Source: Deinococcus radiodurans R1 = ATCC 13939 = DSM 20539
GTDB lineage: Bacteria; Deinococcota; Deinococci; Deinococcales; Deinococcaceae
NCBI RefSeq assembly: GCF_000008565.1
Contig: NC_001263.1
Coordinates: forward strand, 183,659-215,658
Direction of reading: 5' to 3'
Length of the DNA stretch: 32,000 nucleotides
This document shows positions 1-12,976 of this stretch, one piece after another. A program made the translations under genes and the position numbers. Below the pieces are notes generated by a model. It was given only the letters and a program-made list of their open reading frames with translations. It did not search any database and was not told where the DNA came from. Each line of letters starts with the position of its first letter. Position 1 is the first letter of the stretch.

Positions 1-4242
<4,242 letters not shown>

Positions 4243-4439
4243 GTCTGCACCCCTTGCGCTGGAAGTCACTCGCCTGCGTCCTCGCAGGCTGCTAAGCTCT
4301 AGGGTACAGAGTCATGCAACTTTATGCGGGGCCGTTGTTTATAACGCGCCCACTTTCGCCGTTCCCCGGATGAGCCGCTGCTTCGGCCTTCCTTGAGAGT
4401 TCGTCCCGCTGCCGGACCTGGGATGCGCCACAGGGCCTC

Positions 4440-4467
4440 CAGACAAACACGGTCACGATGTTAGCCT
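4440..4467 (+). promoter_or_regulatory. candidate promoter cAGACA-N16-TGtTAGCCT for a leaderless crotonase mRNA
   Basis: The -10-like TAGCCT (4462-4467) has an extended TGn and lies 6 nt before ATG 4474. There is no Shine-Dalgarno. Confidence 0.4.
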
Positions 4468-4473
4468 CCCCCT

Positions 4474-5292
<819 letters not shown>

Positions 5293-5295
<3 letters not shown>

Positions 5296-5394
5296 AGCAT
5301 TTGAGAGGAAAAGACACCCTCACCCCTTGCTTTGCAAGGCCCTCTCCCAGGGGGAGAGGGAGGGAGCCGCGAAGCGGCGGAAGGGTGAGGGGTC
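5293..5394. repeat. truncated Deinococcus-type small noncoding repeat (SNR) copy
   Basis: It starts with TAGAGCATTTGA, the same terminal repeat as the 7150 element. It contains the CCCTCTCCC/GGGAGAGGG hairpin, a second hairpin, and the GGGTGAGGGGTC end motif shared with 7221-7236, 17791-17804 and 29712-29722. Confidence 0.75.
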
Positions 5395-5395
5395 T

Positions 5396-5414
5396 CCCTG
5401 CCCCCTCCCCACCC
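5396..5414 (-). other. canonical G-quadruplex motif (sequence motif only)
   Basis: The plus strand reads CCCtgCCCCCtCCCCaCCC, so the minus strand carries four G3+ tracts with loops of 1-2 nt. It lies directly upstream of the crcB -10 box. Confidence 0.5.
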
Positions 5415-5420
5415 GCGCAC

Positions 5421-5426
5421 TATCCT
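5421..5426 (+). promoter_or_regulatory. -10-like TATCCT, 7 nt before the crcB ATG (leaderless)
   Basis: TAnnnT hexamer, no SD, same spacing as the other leaderless starts in this window. Confidence 0.35.
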
Positions 5427-5433
5427 GCTTCCC

Positions 5434-5814
5434 ATGTCGTTTCCCCTCTGGCTCTGGCTGGCGCTCGGCGGCGCGGTTGGGGCGGTGTGCCGTCAGGCGG
5501 CGGTGCTGTTGCTCGCGCCGCTGGTGGCCCGCACGGGGTTTCCGGCGGCGGTGCTGCTCATCAACGTGCTGGGCTCGTTTCTGCTTGGGCTGACGCTGGC
5601 GCTAACCGGGCGCGGCGTGTGGCCCGAAGCGGTGCGGATGACCTTCGGCACCGGGGTGCTGGGGGCGTTTACCACCTTCTCGACCTTTTCCACCGAGCTC
5701 GATGGCCTGTTGCTGCGCGGTCAGGGCGGATTGGCGCTCGCCTACGCAGCTCTCAGCGTGGGCCTGGGGCTGACGGCGGCAGTGGCAGGCCGGGTGCTGG
5801 GAGCGCGGCTGTGA
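5434..5814 (+). CDS. crcB: fluoride ion channel CrcB/FluC
   Basis: 126 aa, 4 TM. Family-typical motifs are [19 protein letters not shown] and [13 protein letters not shown]. Confidence 0.9.
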   Translation: MSFPLWLWLALGGAVGAVCRQAAVLLLAPLVARTGFPAAVLLINVLGSFLLGLTLALTGRGVWPEAVRMTFGTGVLGAFTTFSTFSTELDGLLLRGQGGLALAYAALSVGLGLTAAVAGRVLGARL

Positions 5815-5872
5815 GCCGGGAAGCTGGAGGAAGGCGAGCTGTGCAAGGAGAAGCTGTGAAGGGAGCAAAAGC

Positions 5873-7123
5873 GTGACCGAGCCGGACAGCAAACCGAAAA
5901 AGGGCCGTGCGGGCCGCAAGAAAGCCGAGCCGGTGCGCCCGCCCGAGCAGTTTCTGGAACTCGCCGAACTGCTCGACTATGTGGGGCAGGTCATCGCGCG
6001 CGGGGTGCCCGGCGGCGTGTGGGTGCGCGCCGAAATCGCCTCGTTGACCGACCGGCGGCACCTGTACCTCGACCTCGTGCAGGCGGGCGAGGGCGGCGCG
6101 GGCGGGGTTGGTGAGGTCGCCAAGTGCCGCGCGACGGTATGGGCCCGCGAACGCTTTGCGCTGGAGGCTAAGTTCCGGGGGGCGACGAGCGGCGCGACGC
6201 TGAGCGCCGGTCTAAAGGTGCTGCTCTTCGGCACCGCCGAGTTTCACCCGCAGTACGGCTTTTCCTTCAACGTGCTCGACATCTCCCCCGAGTACACGCT
6301 GGGCGACGCAGCGCTGCGGCTCGAAGCCATGCGCGCCGAACTCGTGGCAGAGGGCAGCTACGGCCTCAACCGCCTGCTGCCGGTGCCCACTGACTTCGCG
6401 CGGGTGGCGGTCATCGCTCCCAGGGAAGCGGCGGGCCTGGGCGACTTCCGGCGCGAAGCCGACCCGCTGGAAGCCGCCGGGCTGGTGGAGTTTCATTACC
6501 TCGAAGCGACCTTTCAGGGCCGCGAGGCGGGGGCGAGCCTGCTGCGGGCGGTGGCAGCGGCGCGCGAACTCCACCAGGAGAAGGCTCTCGATGCCCTGTT
6601 CGTCATTCGCGGTGGGGGCGCCGTCACCGACCTCGCGTGGCTCAACGACCTGGAACTGGCCCGCGCCCTGGCGACTTTTCCCGCGCCGGTGGTCACAGGT
6701 TTAGGGCACGCCCGCGACGACACCCTGCCCGACGAGGTGGCCTGCCTGCGGACCGACACGCCGAGCAAGGCCGCCGCGTACCTCGTCCGCACGGTGGTCA
6801 ACGCCGCCGCGCAGGCGCAGGAGGCCGCCCGCACCATCCGCGCCGAGGCCGCCCGCGTGCTGGTCGAGGCTGAAGCTGCCGCTGCGTGGGCGCGTGACCG
6901 GGCACTGTCGAGCGCGGTGCGCCGGGTAGACGCCGCCGCCGCCGAGGTGGACGCCCTGATGCGCCAGGCGCTCGGCCTGACCCCGCAGCGCACCCTGGCG
7001 CGGGGCTACGCGCTCGTCCGCGACGCGGCGGGGCAGCCGGTCACGCGGGCGGCGGGGGCACGGGCGGGCGAGCCGCTCACCCTGGAATGGAGCGACGGCA
7101 GCGTGCCGGTGCGGGTGGAATAA
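5873..7123 (+). CDS. xseA: exodeoxyribonuclease VII large subunit
   Basis: 416 aa with a GTG start 7 nt after GGGAG. It has the OB-fold-like [22 protein letters not shown] and the catalytic core [48 protein letters not shown]. Confidence 0.9.
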   Translation: MTEPDSKPKKGRAGRKKAEPVRPPEQFLELAELLDYVGQVIARGVPGGVWVRAEIASLTDRRHLYLDLVQAGEGGAGGVGEVAKCRATVWARERFALEAKFRGATSGATLSAGLKVLLFGTAEFHPQYGFSFNVLDISPEYTLGDAALRLEAMRAELVAEGSYGLNRLLPVPTDFARVAVIAPREAAGLGDFRREADPLEAAGLVEFHYLEATFQGREAGASLLRAVAAARELHQEKALDALFVIRGGGAVTDLAWLNDLELARALATFPAPVVTGLGHARDDTLPDEVACLRTDTPSKAAAYLVRTVVNAAAQAQEAARTIRAEAARVLVEAEAAAAWARDRALSSAVRRVDAAAAEVDALMRQALGLTPQRTLARGYALVRDAAGQPVTRAAGARAGEPLTLEWSDGSVPVRVE

Positions 7124-7149
7124 CCAGGCTTGACCTCCGCAACGAGGAA

Positions 7150-7257
7150 CTAGAGCATTTGACAAAAGAATGGCCTCGCGCTGTTTGACCCTCTACCAAG
7201 GGGAGAGGGCCTGCCACAGGCAGGGGTGAGGGGTCTTTATTACGTCAAATGCTCTAG
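7150..7257. repeat. 108-bp MITE-like SNR with perfect 14-bp terminal inverted repeats
   Basis: CTAGAGCATTTGAC (7150-7163) and GTCAAATGCTCTAG (7244-7257) are exact reverse complements. Internal hairpins are CCCTCTacc..GGAGAGGG and CCTGCCacaGGCAGG, followed by GGTGAGGGGTC. Confidence 0.8.
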
Positions 7258-7413
7258 GCCACCATCGGCCAACTTCTGACGAACTTCCTCGGAGACAAAG
7301 GGCCACCTGTCCAAGACTTGCTGGAACTGGCAGACCTTCAGCGCGAATATTTGGCCGAGCGGCTTGGCGTTGAGCGCGCTGTATGCAGTTTGATTGTCTT
7401 CTGAGCCCCTGGC

Positions 7414-8082
7414 CTACTCCGGCACGTCCACCGGCTCGCCCAGGAATTTCGGCCCTTTGCCGCGCAGCACGTCCAGCACGGCCTTGACGCGGGCGAGCAC
7501 CTCACGGCCCTGCACCTTCAGGCCGCTGCGCCCGGTCACGTCGCGGGCGTTGAGCGCGGCAGCGTCGAGGCCGCGTGTGCGGGCGAGGAAAATGGCGCGC
7601 TCGTTGTGAAACGGCTGGCTGATGAGGGTGAACTGCCGGGTGCCGAAGACCTCGGCGGCGCGGACCACACTGTCGAGGGTACGGAAGCCCGCGTAGTCGA
7701 GGACCAACTGCTCGGCGGGAATACCGCGCTCCAGCAGGTCTTCTTTCATGGTGGTCGGCTCGTCGTAAGACACGCTGCTGTTGTCGCCGCTGAGCAGCAG
7801 CACCCGCACTTTGCCCGCTTTGTACGCGGCCTCGGCGGCGTCGATGCGGTAGAGGTAATAGCGGTTCACGCGCCCGCTCGCCAGATATTTGCTCGTCCCC
7901 AGCACCAGCCCGACGTGCCGCGCCGGGAGGTCTTCCGGGCGGTCGAAGGTCCGGCCCCACGCGGCGAGCGGCACCACGATTTGCGGCAGCAGCACGCCCG
8001 CGAGGAGCGCCCCCACCCCTCCTGCGGCCCAGCGCCGCCAACGAATGCGAGTCTTCACGGGCGTCAGGCTAGCGCTCCCCAT
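7414..8082 (-). CDS. sanA: SanA-like DUF218 envelope protein
   Basis: 222 aa with an N-terminal TM. VGLVLGTSKY..NRYYLYRIDAA..AGKVRVLLLSGDN..YDEPTTMKEDLL..LVLDYAGFRTLDSVVRAAEVFG..FTLISQPFHNERAIFLA closely tracks E. coli SanA as I remember it. Confidence 0.85.
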   Translation of the reverse strand: MGSASLTPVKTRIRWRRWAAGGVGALLAGVLLPQIVVPLAAWGRTFDRPEDLPARHVGLVLGTSKYLASGRVNRYYLYRIDAAEAAYKAGKVRVLLLSGDNSSVSYDEPTTMKEDLLERGIPAEQLVLDYAGFRTLDSVVRAAEVFGTRQFTLISQPFHNERAIFLARTRGLDAAALNARDVTGRSGLKVQGREVLARVKAVLDVLRGKGPKFLGEPVDVPE

Positions 8083-8596
8083 GAGCGGAGGCTCCAGGCA
8101 GAGGCCCAGCAGTCAAGCGCCGCTCGAACCGGGCCACCCGCCAAGAGCCGGCCTGCACCACGTCCACCTCCCGGAAGCCCGCCGCCGCGTACAGCGCCCG
8201 CAGCCGGGGCCGCTCCGCCGCCGTGTCGAGTCGCAAAAAGCTGCGGCCCAGGGCGCAGGCTTCGGCAGCCGCGTGTTCCAGCAGCGTATGTGAGAGCCCC
8301 CGCCCCTGCCAGCCGGGATGCACGCTCAGCTTGTGCAGGTACGCGGCCTCGCCGGGCGGGTCGTCGGGCCAGAAAAGGGGGTCGGCGTCCAGCAGGACGT
8401 AAGTGCCCACCGCCTCGCCGCCGTGCCACGCCACCCGCCAGCCGGGGCGGGGGTAATACCGTTCCAGCCGCTCGGGGGTCAGGCTGCGCGGGGGCCACAG
8501 TTCCTCGCCGCGCTCTACGCGGTCCTGCGCGACCCGCACCAGCAGCGCCGAGGCTGCGTCCAGGTCGCCCAGCGTATAGGTCAGTTCCAGGTCCAC
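8069..8596 (-). CDS. GNAT family N-acetyltransferase
   Basis: Acetyl-CoA motif A is LSVHPGWQGRGLSHTLLEHA. I start it at GTG 8596 (VDLELTYTLGD...). The upstream part of the 281-aa track ORF is Arg/Pro-rich and out of frame over the TlpA-like gene. It overlaps the sanA start by 14 nt. Confidence 0.8.
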   Translation of the reverse strand: MDLELTYTLGDLDAASALLVRVAQDRVERGEELWPPRSLTPERLERYYPRPGWRVAWHGGEAVGTYVLLDADPLFWPDDPPGEAAYLHKLSVHPGWQGRGLSHTLLEHAAAEACALGRSFLRLDTAAERPRLRALYAAAGFREVDVVQAGSWRVARFERRLTAGPLPGASAHGER

Positions 8597-8598
8597 CG

Positions 8599-9156
8599 CT
8601 AGAGCCCCGGCACGCCGATTTTGCTCAGCCCCGCGTTGAGGCGCGCGGTGTCCAGCCCGCCCTGGTCGATGTGGCGCACCACGCCCTGCGCGTCGATAAA
8701 CACGGTGCGCGGAATCCCCGTGACCTGATAGGCGATGGCCGTCGCCACGCCGGGGTCTTGCAGGTTGGGGTAGGTCAGGCCGTACTGCCGGGCAAAGTCG
8801 CGGGCATTTTGCGGCTTCGTTTCGTTGAACAGAATGCCGAGCACGGCGGGCGCGCCGGGGTGGGCAGCAAGTTTGGCGAAGAGCGGCGCTTCCTCGCGGC
8901 ACGGGCCGCACCACGACGCCCAGAAGTTCAGCACCACGGGCCGGCCCCGGTAGTCGGCGAGCGCGACCGGCTGCCCGTCCAGGCCCGTCAGATTGAACTG
9001 CGGCGCCGGTTTGCCCACCAGCGGCCCGTTCGCCGCGTTGCCCGCCGGTTTCAGCAGCGCCCAGCCCAGGCCCCCCACCAGCGCGGCGGCCAGCAGCGGC
9101 GGCAGGGCGCGGGTCCAGGCGGGGCGGGCAGGGGAGGCGGGCGCAGGCTCGGTCAT
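8599..9156 (-). CDS. membrane-anchored thioredoxin-fold thiol:disulfide oxidoreductase (TlpA/ResA/DsbE-like)
   Basis: 185 aa with an N-terminal TM and the [15 protein letters not shown] active-site CxxC. Confidence 0.9.
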   Translation of the reverse strand: MTEPAPASPARPAWTRALPPLLAAALVGGLGWALLKPAGNAANGPLVGKPAPQFNLTGLDGQPVALADYRGRPVVLNFWASWCGPCREEAPLFAKLAAHPGAPAVLGILFNETKPQNARDFARQYGLTYPNLQDPGVATAIAYQVTGIPRTVFIDAQGVVRHIDQGGLDTARLNAGLSKIGVPGL

Positions 9157-9187
9157 GCTGAGGGCGAGTGTACGGCCTGGGGCCGAT

Positions 9188-10396
9188 TTATTTGCCCCGG
9201 CGCTGCGGCCAGTTCTGCTCGATTTCGCGCAGGTGCCGGATGCGCTCGGCGGTGCCGGGGTGGGTCTGGAGGAACGCGCCGGGGTCGTCGCGCTTGACGC
9301 TGTTTTCGTCGGCGTTCTCGTCCTCGGTTTCCAGGCGGGCGAGCACGTCGCGCAGCGGTTTGGTGGTCCCGTAGCGCTCCATCAGGAAGCGGCCCGCCAC
9401 CTCGTCGGACTGGGTTTCGGACTGGCGCGAGTAGCCGTTTTTCAGCAGCCAGGTCGGCACCGCCGCCGCGAAGGTGCTCGCGCCGATCAGGTCGCCGGTC
9501 ACGGCGGTGGTCAGCAGGGTCAGGCCCAGGCCCTGGTAGATGCTCGACAGGCTGTGGCGGTGGGTCACGTGCCCGGTTTCGTGTGCCAGGACGCCCATCA
9601 GCTCGCGGTCGCTGTGGGCGAGTTTGACCAGTTGCTCGGTCATCACCACCGTGCCGCCGGGCAGGGCAAAGGCGTTGGTGCCGATGCTGCCGCTCGGCGC
9701 CGGGCTGTCCTTGTCGCCGTTTGCCTGCGGGGTGCCGTCGCGCAGCAGCAAGCGGTAGGGGTAGCCGCCCCCCGCCCACTGCGCCACGTCCTTGAATTCG
9801 CGCTGCAACTGCGCCTGCCGCGCCGCGCTGAGGTGGGTGGGCCCCATGAAGGTGCCGTTGTCGAGCACTTCGATGGCGCTCGTGTCGAAGGAGGTCAGCA
9901 CGCTGCGTGGGGTGGCGGCGGCGGCGCTGCGGGCCATGGCGGGCAGGCCGTAGGTCAGGAAGCCCCACACGAACAGCCCCAGGGTCACCACCGCGCCGAG
10001 CGTGAGCCCCCAGTCCGATTCCAGCCGCCGCACCCCGCGCAGGCCCCGGTTGCGGCCCACGGCGGCTTCCAGCGCCGTAATCGCCCGGTCGTCGTTCGTC
10101 TCGAAGCGGCCTCCGTCCGGCAGCTTGACCACCCGGCGCACCCCGGCGAGCGGCGGGTCGAACTGCACCTGCCGCAGCGGCCACTGCTGCTCGCTGCCCG
10201 GCTCCCCGTCGGTGGGAGCGACGCGCAGCACGGCCAAGGGCGCCCCACTGCTGAGGTCTCCACTGCCCAGCACCCGCAAGGTGGCGGCGCGGTCACGGCT
10301 GCTGCGCCCGTCGAAGTACACGCCCTCGACCCCCTGGGCAAAGGGAGCGGCGAGGGACTGGCTGGTCGGCGTCGGCGTGGGCGTGGGCGTGGTCAT
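9188..10396 (-). CDS. M48 family zinc metallopeptidase with an N-terminal soluble domain and TM segments
   Basis: 402 aa with [10 protein letters not shown] (HExxH). GGAGG lies 5 nt before the ATG. The N-terminus carries a (Thr-Pro)5 repeat. Confidence 0.85.
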   Translation of the reverse strand: MTTPTPTPTPTSQSLAAPFAQGVEGVYFDGRSSRDRAATLRVLGSGDLSSGAPLAVLRVAPTDGEPGSEQQWPLRQVQFDPPLAGVRRVVKLPDGGRFETNDDRAITALEAAVGRNRGLRGVRRLESDWGLTLGAVVTLGLFVWGFLTYGLPAMARSAAAATPRSVLTSFDTSAIEVLDNGTFMGPTHLSAARQAQLQREFKDVAQWAGGGYPYRLLLRDGTPQANGDKDSPAPSGSIGTNAFALPGGTVVMTEQLVKLAHSDRELMGVLAHETGHVTHRHSLSSIYQGLGLTLLTTAVTGDLIGASTFAAAVPTWLLKNGYSRQSETQSDEVAGRFLMERYGTTKPLRDVLARLETEDENADENSVKRDDPGAFLQTHPGTAERIRHLREIEQNWPQRRGK

Positions 10397-10485
10397 GGTG
10401 GCCTCCGCCGCTCACGGTACGCCACCGCGCCCCGCTGCGGGGTGAGGGCGGGAAGAGAGTGCCCAGAATCCGAACGTCATCCCAA

Positions 10486-10514
10486 TTGAACGTCGAGCCG
10501 GGCCAAAGTGAAAT
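10486..10514 (+). promoter_or_regulatory. candidate promoter TTGAAC-N17-TGAAAT upstream of the debranching-enzyme gene
   Basis: Sigma70-like hexamers at 17-nt spacing, followed 5 nt later by ATG 10520 (5-codon mini-ORF) and then ATG 10534. Confidence 0.4.
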
Positions 10515-10533
10515 CTGCCATGCTGGCAGCCGT

Positions 10534-12873
10534 ATGACCTCCGCGCCCGTTCCCTCTGCCTCGGCGTACACCTACGGTCCCCAGGCGGCCCGCAACCCGG
10601 ACCTCGAAGTGCTGCTCACCGACGGCCAGGGCGGCTTTGCCCTGAGCAGCCTCGCCGGGGTGCCCACCCGCTGCCACGCGGGGCTGGTGGTCAGCCAGCA
10701 ACCCCCGGTGTCGCGCTTTTGCCACCTCGTTTCGCCGTTTGAGCGGCTGGAAGTCGGCGGCGAGAGCGTGGACCTGCACGCGCTGGAAGTCGCGCCCGGC
10801 GTGTTCGAGGGCCGGGGACTGGGCCTGCTGACCGGGGCGACGGTCTGGGACCTGCTGCCCGAGCGCGAGCAACTGTGGCGCGGCGTGTGGGTGCGGCGCC
10901 ACGCCTGTATGCCGCAGGACTCGGGCGCACTGGTGCTGCTCTACGAGGTGCGCTCGCGCCAGAGCGTGACCCTGACGCTGGGCGGCTTTTTCGTGGACCG
11001 CGGCATGCACGCCGTGCACACCGCGCCGCCCCGGCTTCAGTTCACGCCGCTGGGCTCGGAGGTCCGGGTGCAGGGCGAGCGCGCCACCCGTGTCACCTTG
11101 CAGCTTCGGCCCGAACTGGCGACGGGCGCTGTCCCCGCGCAGCCGCTCATTCAGGCGCTCACGCCGCAGCCTTTCGCGCAGCGGGTCTACTACCGCGCAG
11201 ACGCCACGCGGGGCGAAACGCCGCACGACGTGACGCTGGGCTGCCCGCTGTGGTCAGTGACCCTGCCGCCCGGTGGGGGCGAGGTCGCGCTGGTCGTGCA
11301 GGGCGTGACCCCCACGACAGCTCCCGTCCCCGACCCCTGGACCGCCTTCGAGGCCGAGCGTGTCCGCCGCCGGGGCCTGGCCGAGCGGGCGTGGCAGACG
11401 ACCGGCGTGCGCGACGAACTGGTGGCGACGCTGGCGGTGGCCGCCGACGCCTACCTCGTGCGGCGCGGGCAGGAGACCAAGCGCGGGTCAGGCAAAGGTG
11501 GTGCCAGCAAGGGAACGCCCCGTGGCCTGAGTGTCATCGCCGGGTATCCCTGGTTCGCCGACTGGGGCCGCGACGCCATGATTGCCCTCTCGGGCCTGAC
11601 TCTGGTGACGGGCCGGTTTGAGGACGCCCGCGAGCTGCTGCTGACTTTTCTGGGCCAGCGGCGCCGGGGACTCATTCCCAACCATTTCGACGAGTCAGGT
11701 CAGGGCGCCGGGTACAACACGGTAGCACGTCCGCTGTGGCTGGCGGTGGCGCTCGAACGCTACGCCCGCACCACTGGCGATGCACTGTTCGTGCGGCAGG
11801 CGCTGCCGATGCTGCGCGAACTGCTCGGCTCGCTGGTGCAGGGGACCGACTATGGCATCGGCATGGACCCCGCCGACGCGCTGCTGCGGGCGGGCGAACC
11901 GGGCGTGCAGCTCACCTGGATGGACGTGAAAATCCATGACTGGGTGGTCACGCCCCGCCACGGCAAGCCGGTGGAGATTCAGGCACTGTGGCTCGCGGCG
12001 CTGGGGGCCGAGCTGCGGCTCTCGCAGGCGCTCGGCGAGCCTCCCCGCTACGCGGCGGTGCTGGAGCGCGCCCACCACTCGTTCAAGGCGCAGTTCTGGA
12101 ACCACGCCGCCGACCTGACCGCCGCGCCCACCGCCACGCTGCTCGGCCTGGGCCAACTCGGCAGCTCGCTCGGCGGGGCGCTGAGCGACGCCCTGGACGG
12201 CGACTTCGTGCTCGACGACGAGCCCCGGCGCGACACCTCGTCCGACGCACTGCTGACTGTGGGGGGACGGCCAGGGTCCGGCCCAGTCCAGTCCACGACC
12301 GGGGCCAGCGAGCTCGGCGTGGGCCACCGCCCCGGCGCGGCCCCGGCTCAGCCGGCGGTGCTTGCCGACGTGATTCAGCCCTCCGGCGAGCAGGACCTGT
12401 CGGTGCGGCCCAACGCGGTCATCGCGCTGGCGCTGGCCGACACTCCGGTGGTGGACGAACAGCTCGACGCGGTGCTCGCCCAGACCGAGCGCGAGCTGCT
12501 CACCCCGGTGGGCCTGCACACCCTCTCGCCGCACGACCCGCGCTACCTCGGCAACTATGGCGGCCCGCAACTGCTGCGCGACGCGGCCTACCACCAGGGC
12601 ACCGTCTGGCCCTGGCCGCTGGCGTCTTACGTGGAGCTGCTGCTTTCACGCGGCGAACTCAACCGCGCCCGCGCCGCCCTCGCTGGCCTGACCGGGCACG
12701 TCTGGGAAGCGGGCATCGGGCATGTCTCGGAAGTGTTCAGTGGCGACGCGCTCACGCCGGGCGGCTGCCCCTTTCAGGCGTGGAGCGTGGCCGAGCTGCT
12801 GCGGGCTCACGTGCTGGTCAGCCTCAGCGAAGCGCAGGCCCACGAGCAGGCGCGGCAGACCCACACCCGCTGA
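10534..12873 (+). CDS. glycogen debranching enzyme, amylo-alpha-1,6-glucosidase (GDE_C) family
   Basis: Family-typical segments are SVIAGYPWFADWGRDAMIALSGLTLVTGRFEDARELLLTF, LTWMDVKI..VVTPRHGKPVEIQALW and AYHQGTVWPWP. ATG 10534 (MTSAPVPS..) is preferred over the track start at 10459, which precedes the predicted promoter. Confidence 0.85.
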   Translation: MTSAPVPSASAYTYGPQAARNPDLEVLLTDGQGGFALSSLAGVPTRCHAGLVVSQQPPVSRFCHLVSPFERLEVGGESVDLHALEVAPGVFEGRGLGLLTGATVWDLLPEREQLWRGVWVRRHACMPQDSGALVLLYEVRSRQSVTLTLGGFFVDRGMHAVHTAPPRLQFTPLGSEVRVQGERATRVTLQLRPELATGAVPAQPLIQALTPQPFAQRVYYRADATRGETPHDVTLGCPLWSVTLPPGGGEVALVVQGVTPTTAPVPDPWTAFEAERVRRRGLAERAWQTTGVRDELVATLAVAADAYLVRRGQETKRGSGKGGASKGTPRGLSVIAGYPWFADWGRDAMIALSGLTLVTGRFEDARELLLTFLGQRRRGLIPNHFDESGQGAGYNTVARPLWLAVALERYARTTGDALFVRQALPMLRELLGSLVQGTDYGIGMDPADALLRAGEPGVQLTWMDVKIHDWVVTPRHGKPVEIQALWLAALGAELRLSQALGEPPRYAAVLERAHHSFKAQFWNHAADLTAAPTATLLGLGQLGSSLGGALSDALDGDFVLDDEPRRDTSSDALLTVGGRPGSGPVQSTTGASELGVGHRPGAAPAQPAVLADVIQPSGEQDLSVRPNAVIALALADTPVVDEQLDAVLAQTERELLTPVGLHTLSPHDPRYLGNYGGPQLLRDAAYHQGTVWPWPLASYVELLLSRGELNRARAALAGLTGHVWEAGIGHVSEVFSGDALTPGGCPFQAWSVAELLRAHVLVSLSEAQAHEQARQTHTR

Positions 12874-12939
12874 CACAAATTCACTGAGAGCGGCGCGTCC
12901 GGTCGCCTTTTTCTGTTCTTAGTCGGGACACTTACTCCC

Positions 12940-12969
12940 TTGACGTAGGGCGGACACCAACCCTAGCAT
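12940..12969 (+). promoter_or_regulatory. candidate promoter TTGACG-N18-TAGCAT, leaderless start of the Nudix regulator
   Basis: The -10 TAGCAT (12964-12969) is 7 nt before ATG 12977 and there is no SD. The inverted repeat TAGGG(12946-50)/CCCTA(12961-65) spans the spacer and -10. Confidence 0.5.
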
Positions 12970-12976
12970 CGCCGGG

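Noticed and set aside
4243-4473. Possible RDRM (radiation/desiccation response) palindrome or riboswitch in the gltB-crotonase divergent region; hairpin CCTGCGtcctCGCAGG at 4273-4288
   Set aside because: TTATGCGGGGCCGTTGTTTATAA has RDRM-like ends but the wrong length and no dyad symmetry. I saw no convincing 17-bp TTMTGY..RCAKAA palindrome in any intergenic region of the window. The 6-bp hairpin in the gltB leader is real but too small and unsupported to call regulatory.
5296-5433. Looked for a fluoride (crcB-motif) riboswitch upstream of crcB
   Set aside because: The 138-bp gap is occupied by the SNR copy and C-tracts. I see none of the conserved riboswitch core elements as I remember them (for example the GCUGAUGAUGCCUAC-like 3' segment). 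crcB also appears leaderless.
8597-8914. N-terminal 105 residues of the 281-aa ORF 8069-8914
   Set aside because: That part overlaps the TlpA-like gene in another frame and is Arg/Pro-rich. GNAT similarity begins at GTG 8596, directly after the TlpA-like stop.
7606-10489. Plus-strand ORFs of 563 aa (7606-9297) and 498 aa (8993-10489), plus similar long Arg/Pro/Gly-rich ORFs at 15754-17589, 26008-27411, 27429-28340 and 28538-29569, and minus-strand ones at 803-2953, 9153-10184 and 15854-17212
   Set aside because: All lie opposite to, or out of frame with, genes that have clear family motifs (sanA, TlpA-like, M48, pabB-pabA, trmFO, ydcF, mscS, gltB). Their composition is typical of off-frame translation of GC-rich DNA.
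12874-12925. Possible intrinsic terminator after the debranching-enzyme gene (GGCGcgtccggtCGCC followed by TTTTTCTGTTCTT)
   Set aside because: Only a 4-bp stem with an 8-nt loop, which is too weak to call. The T-rich run may still contribute to termination.
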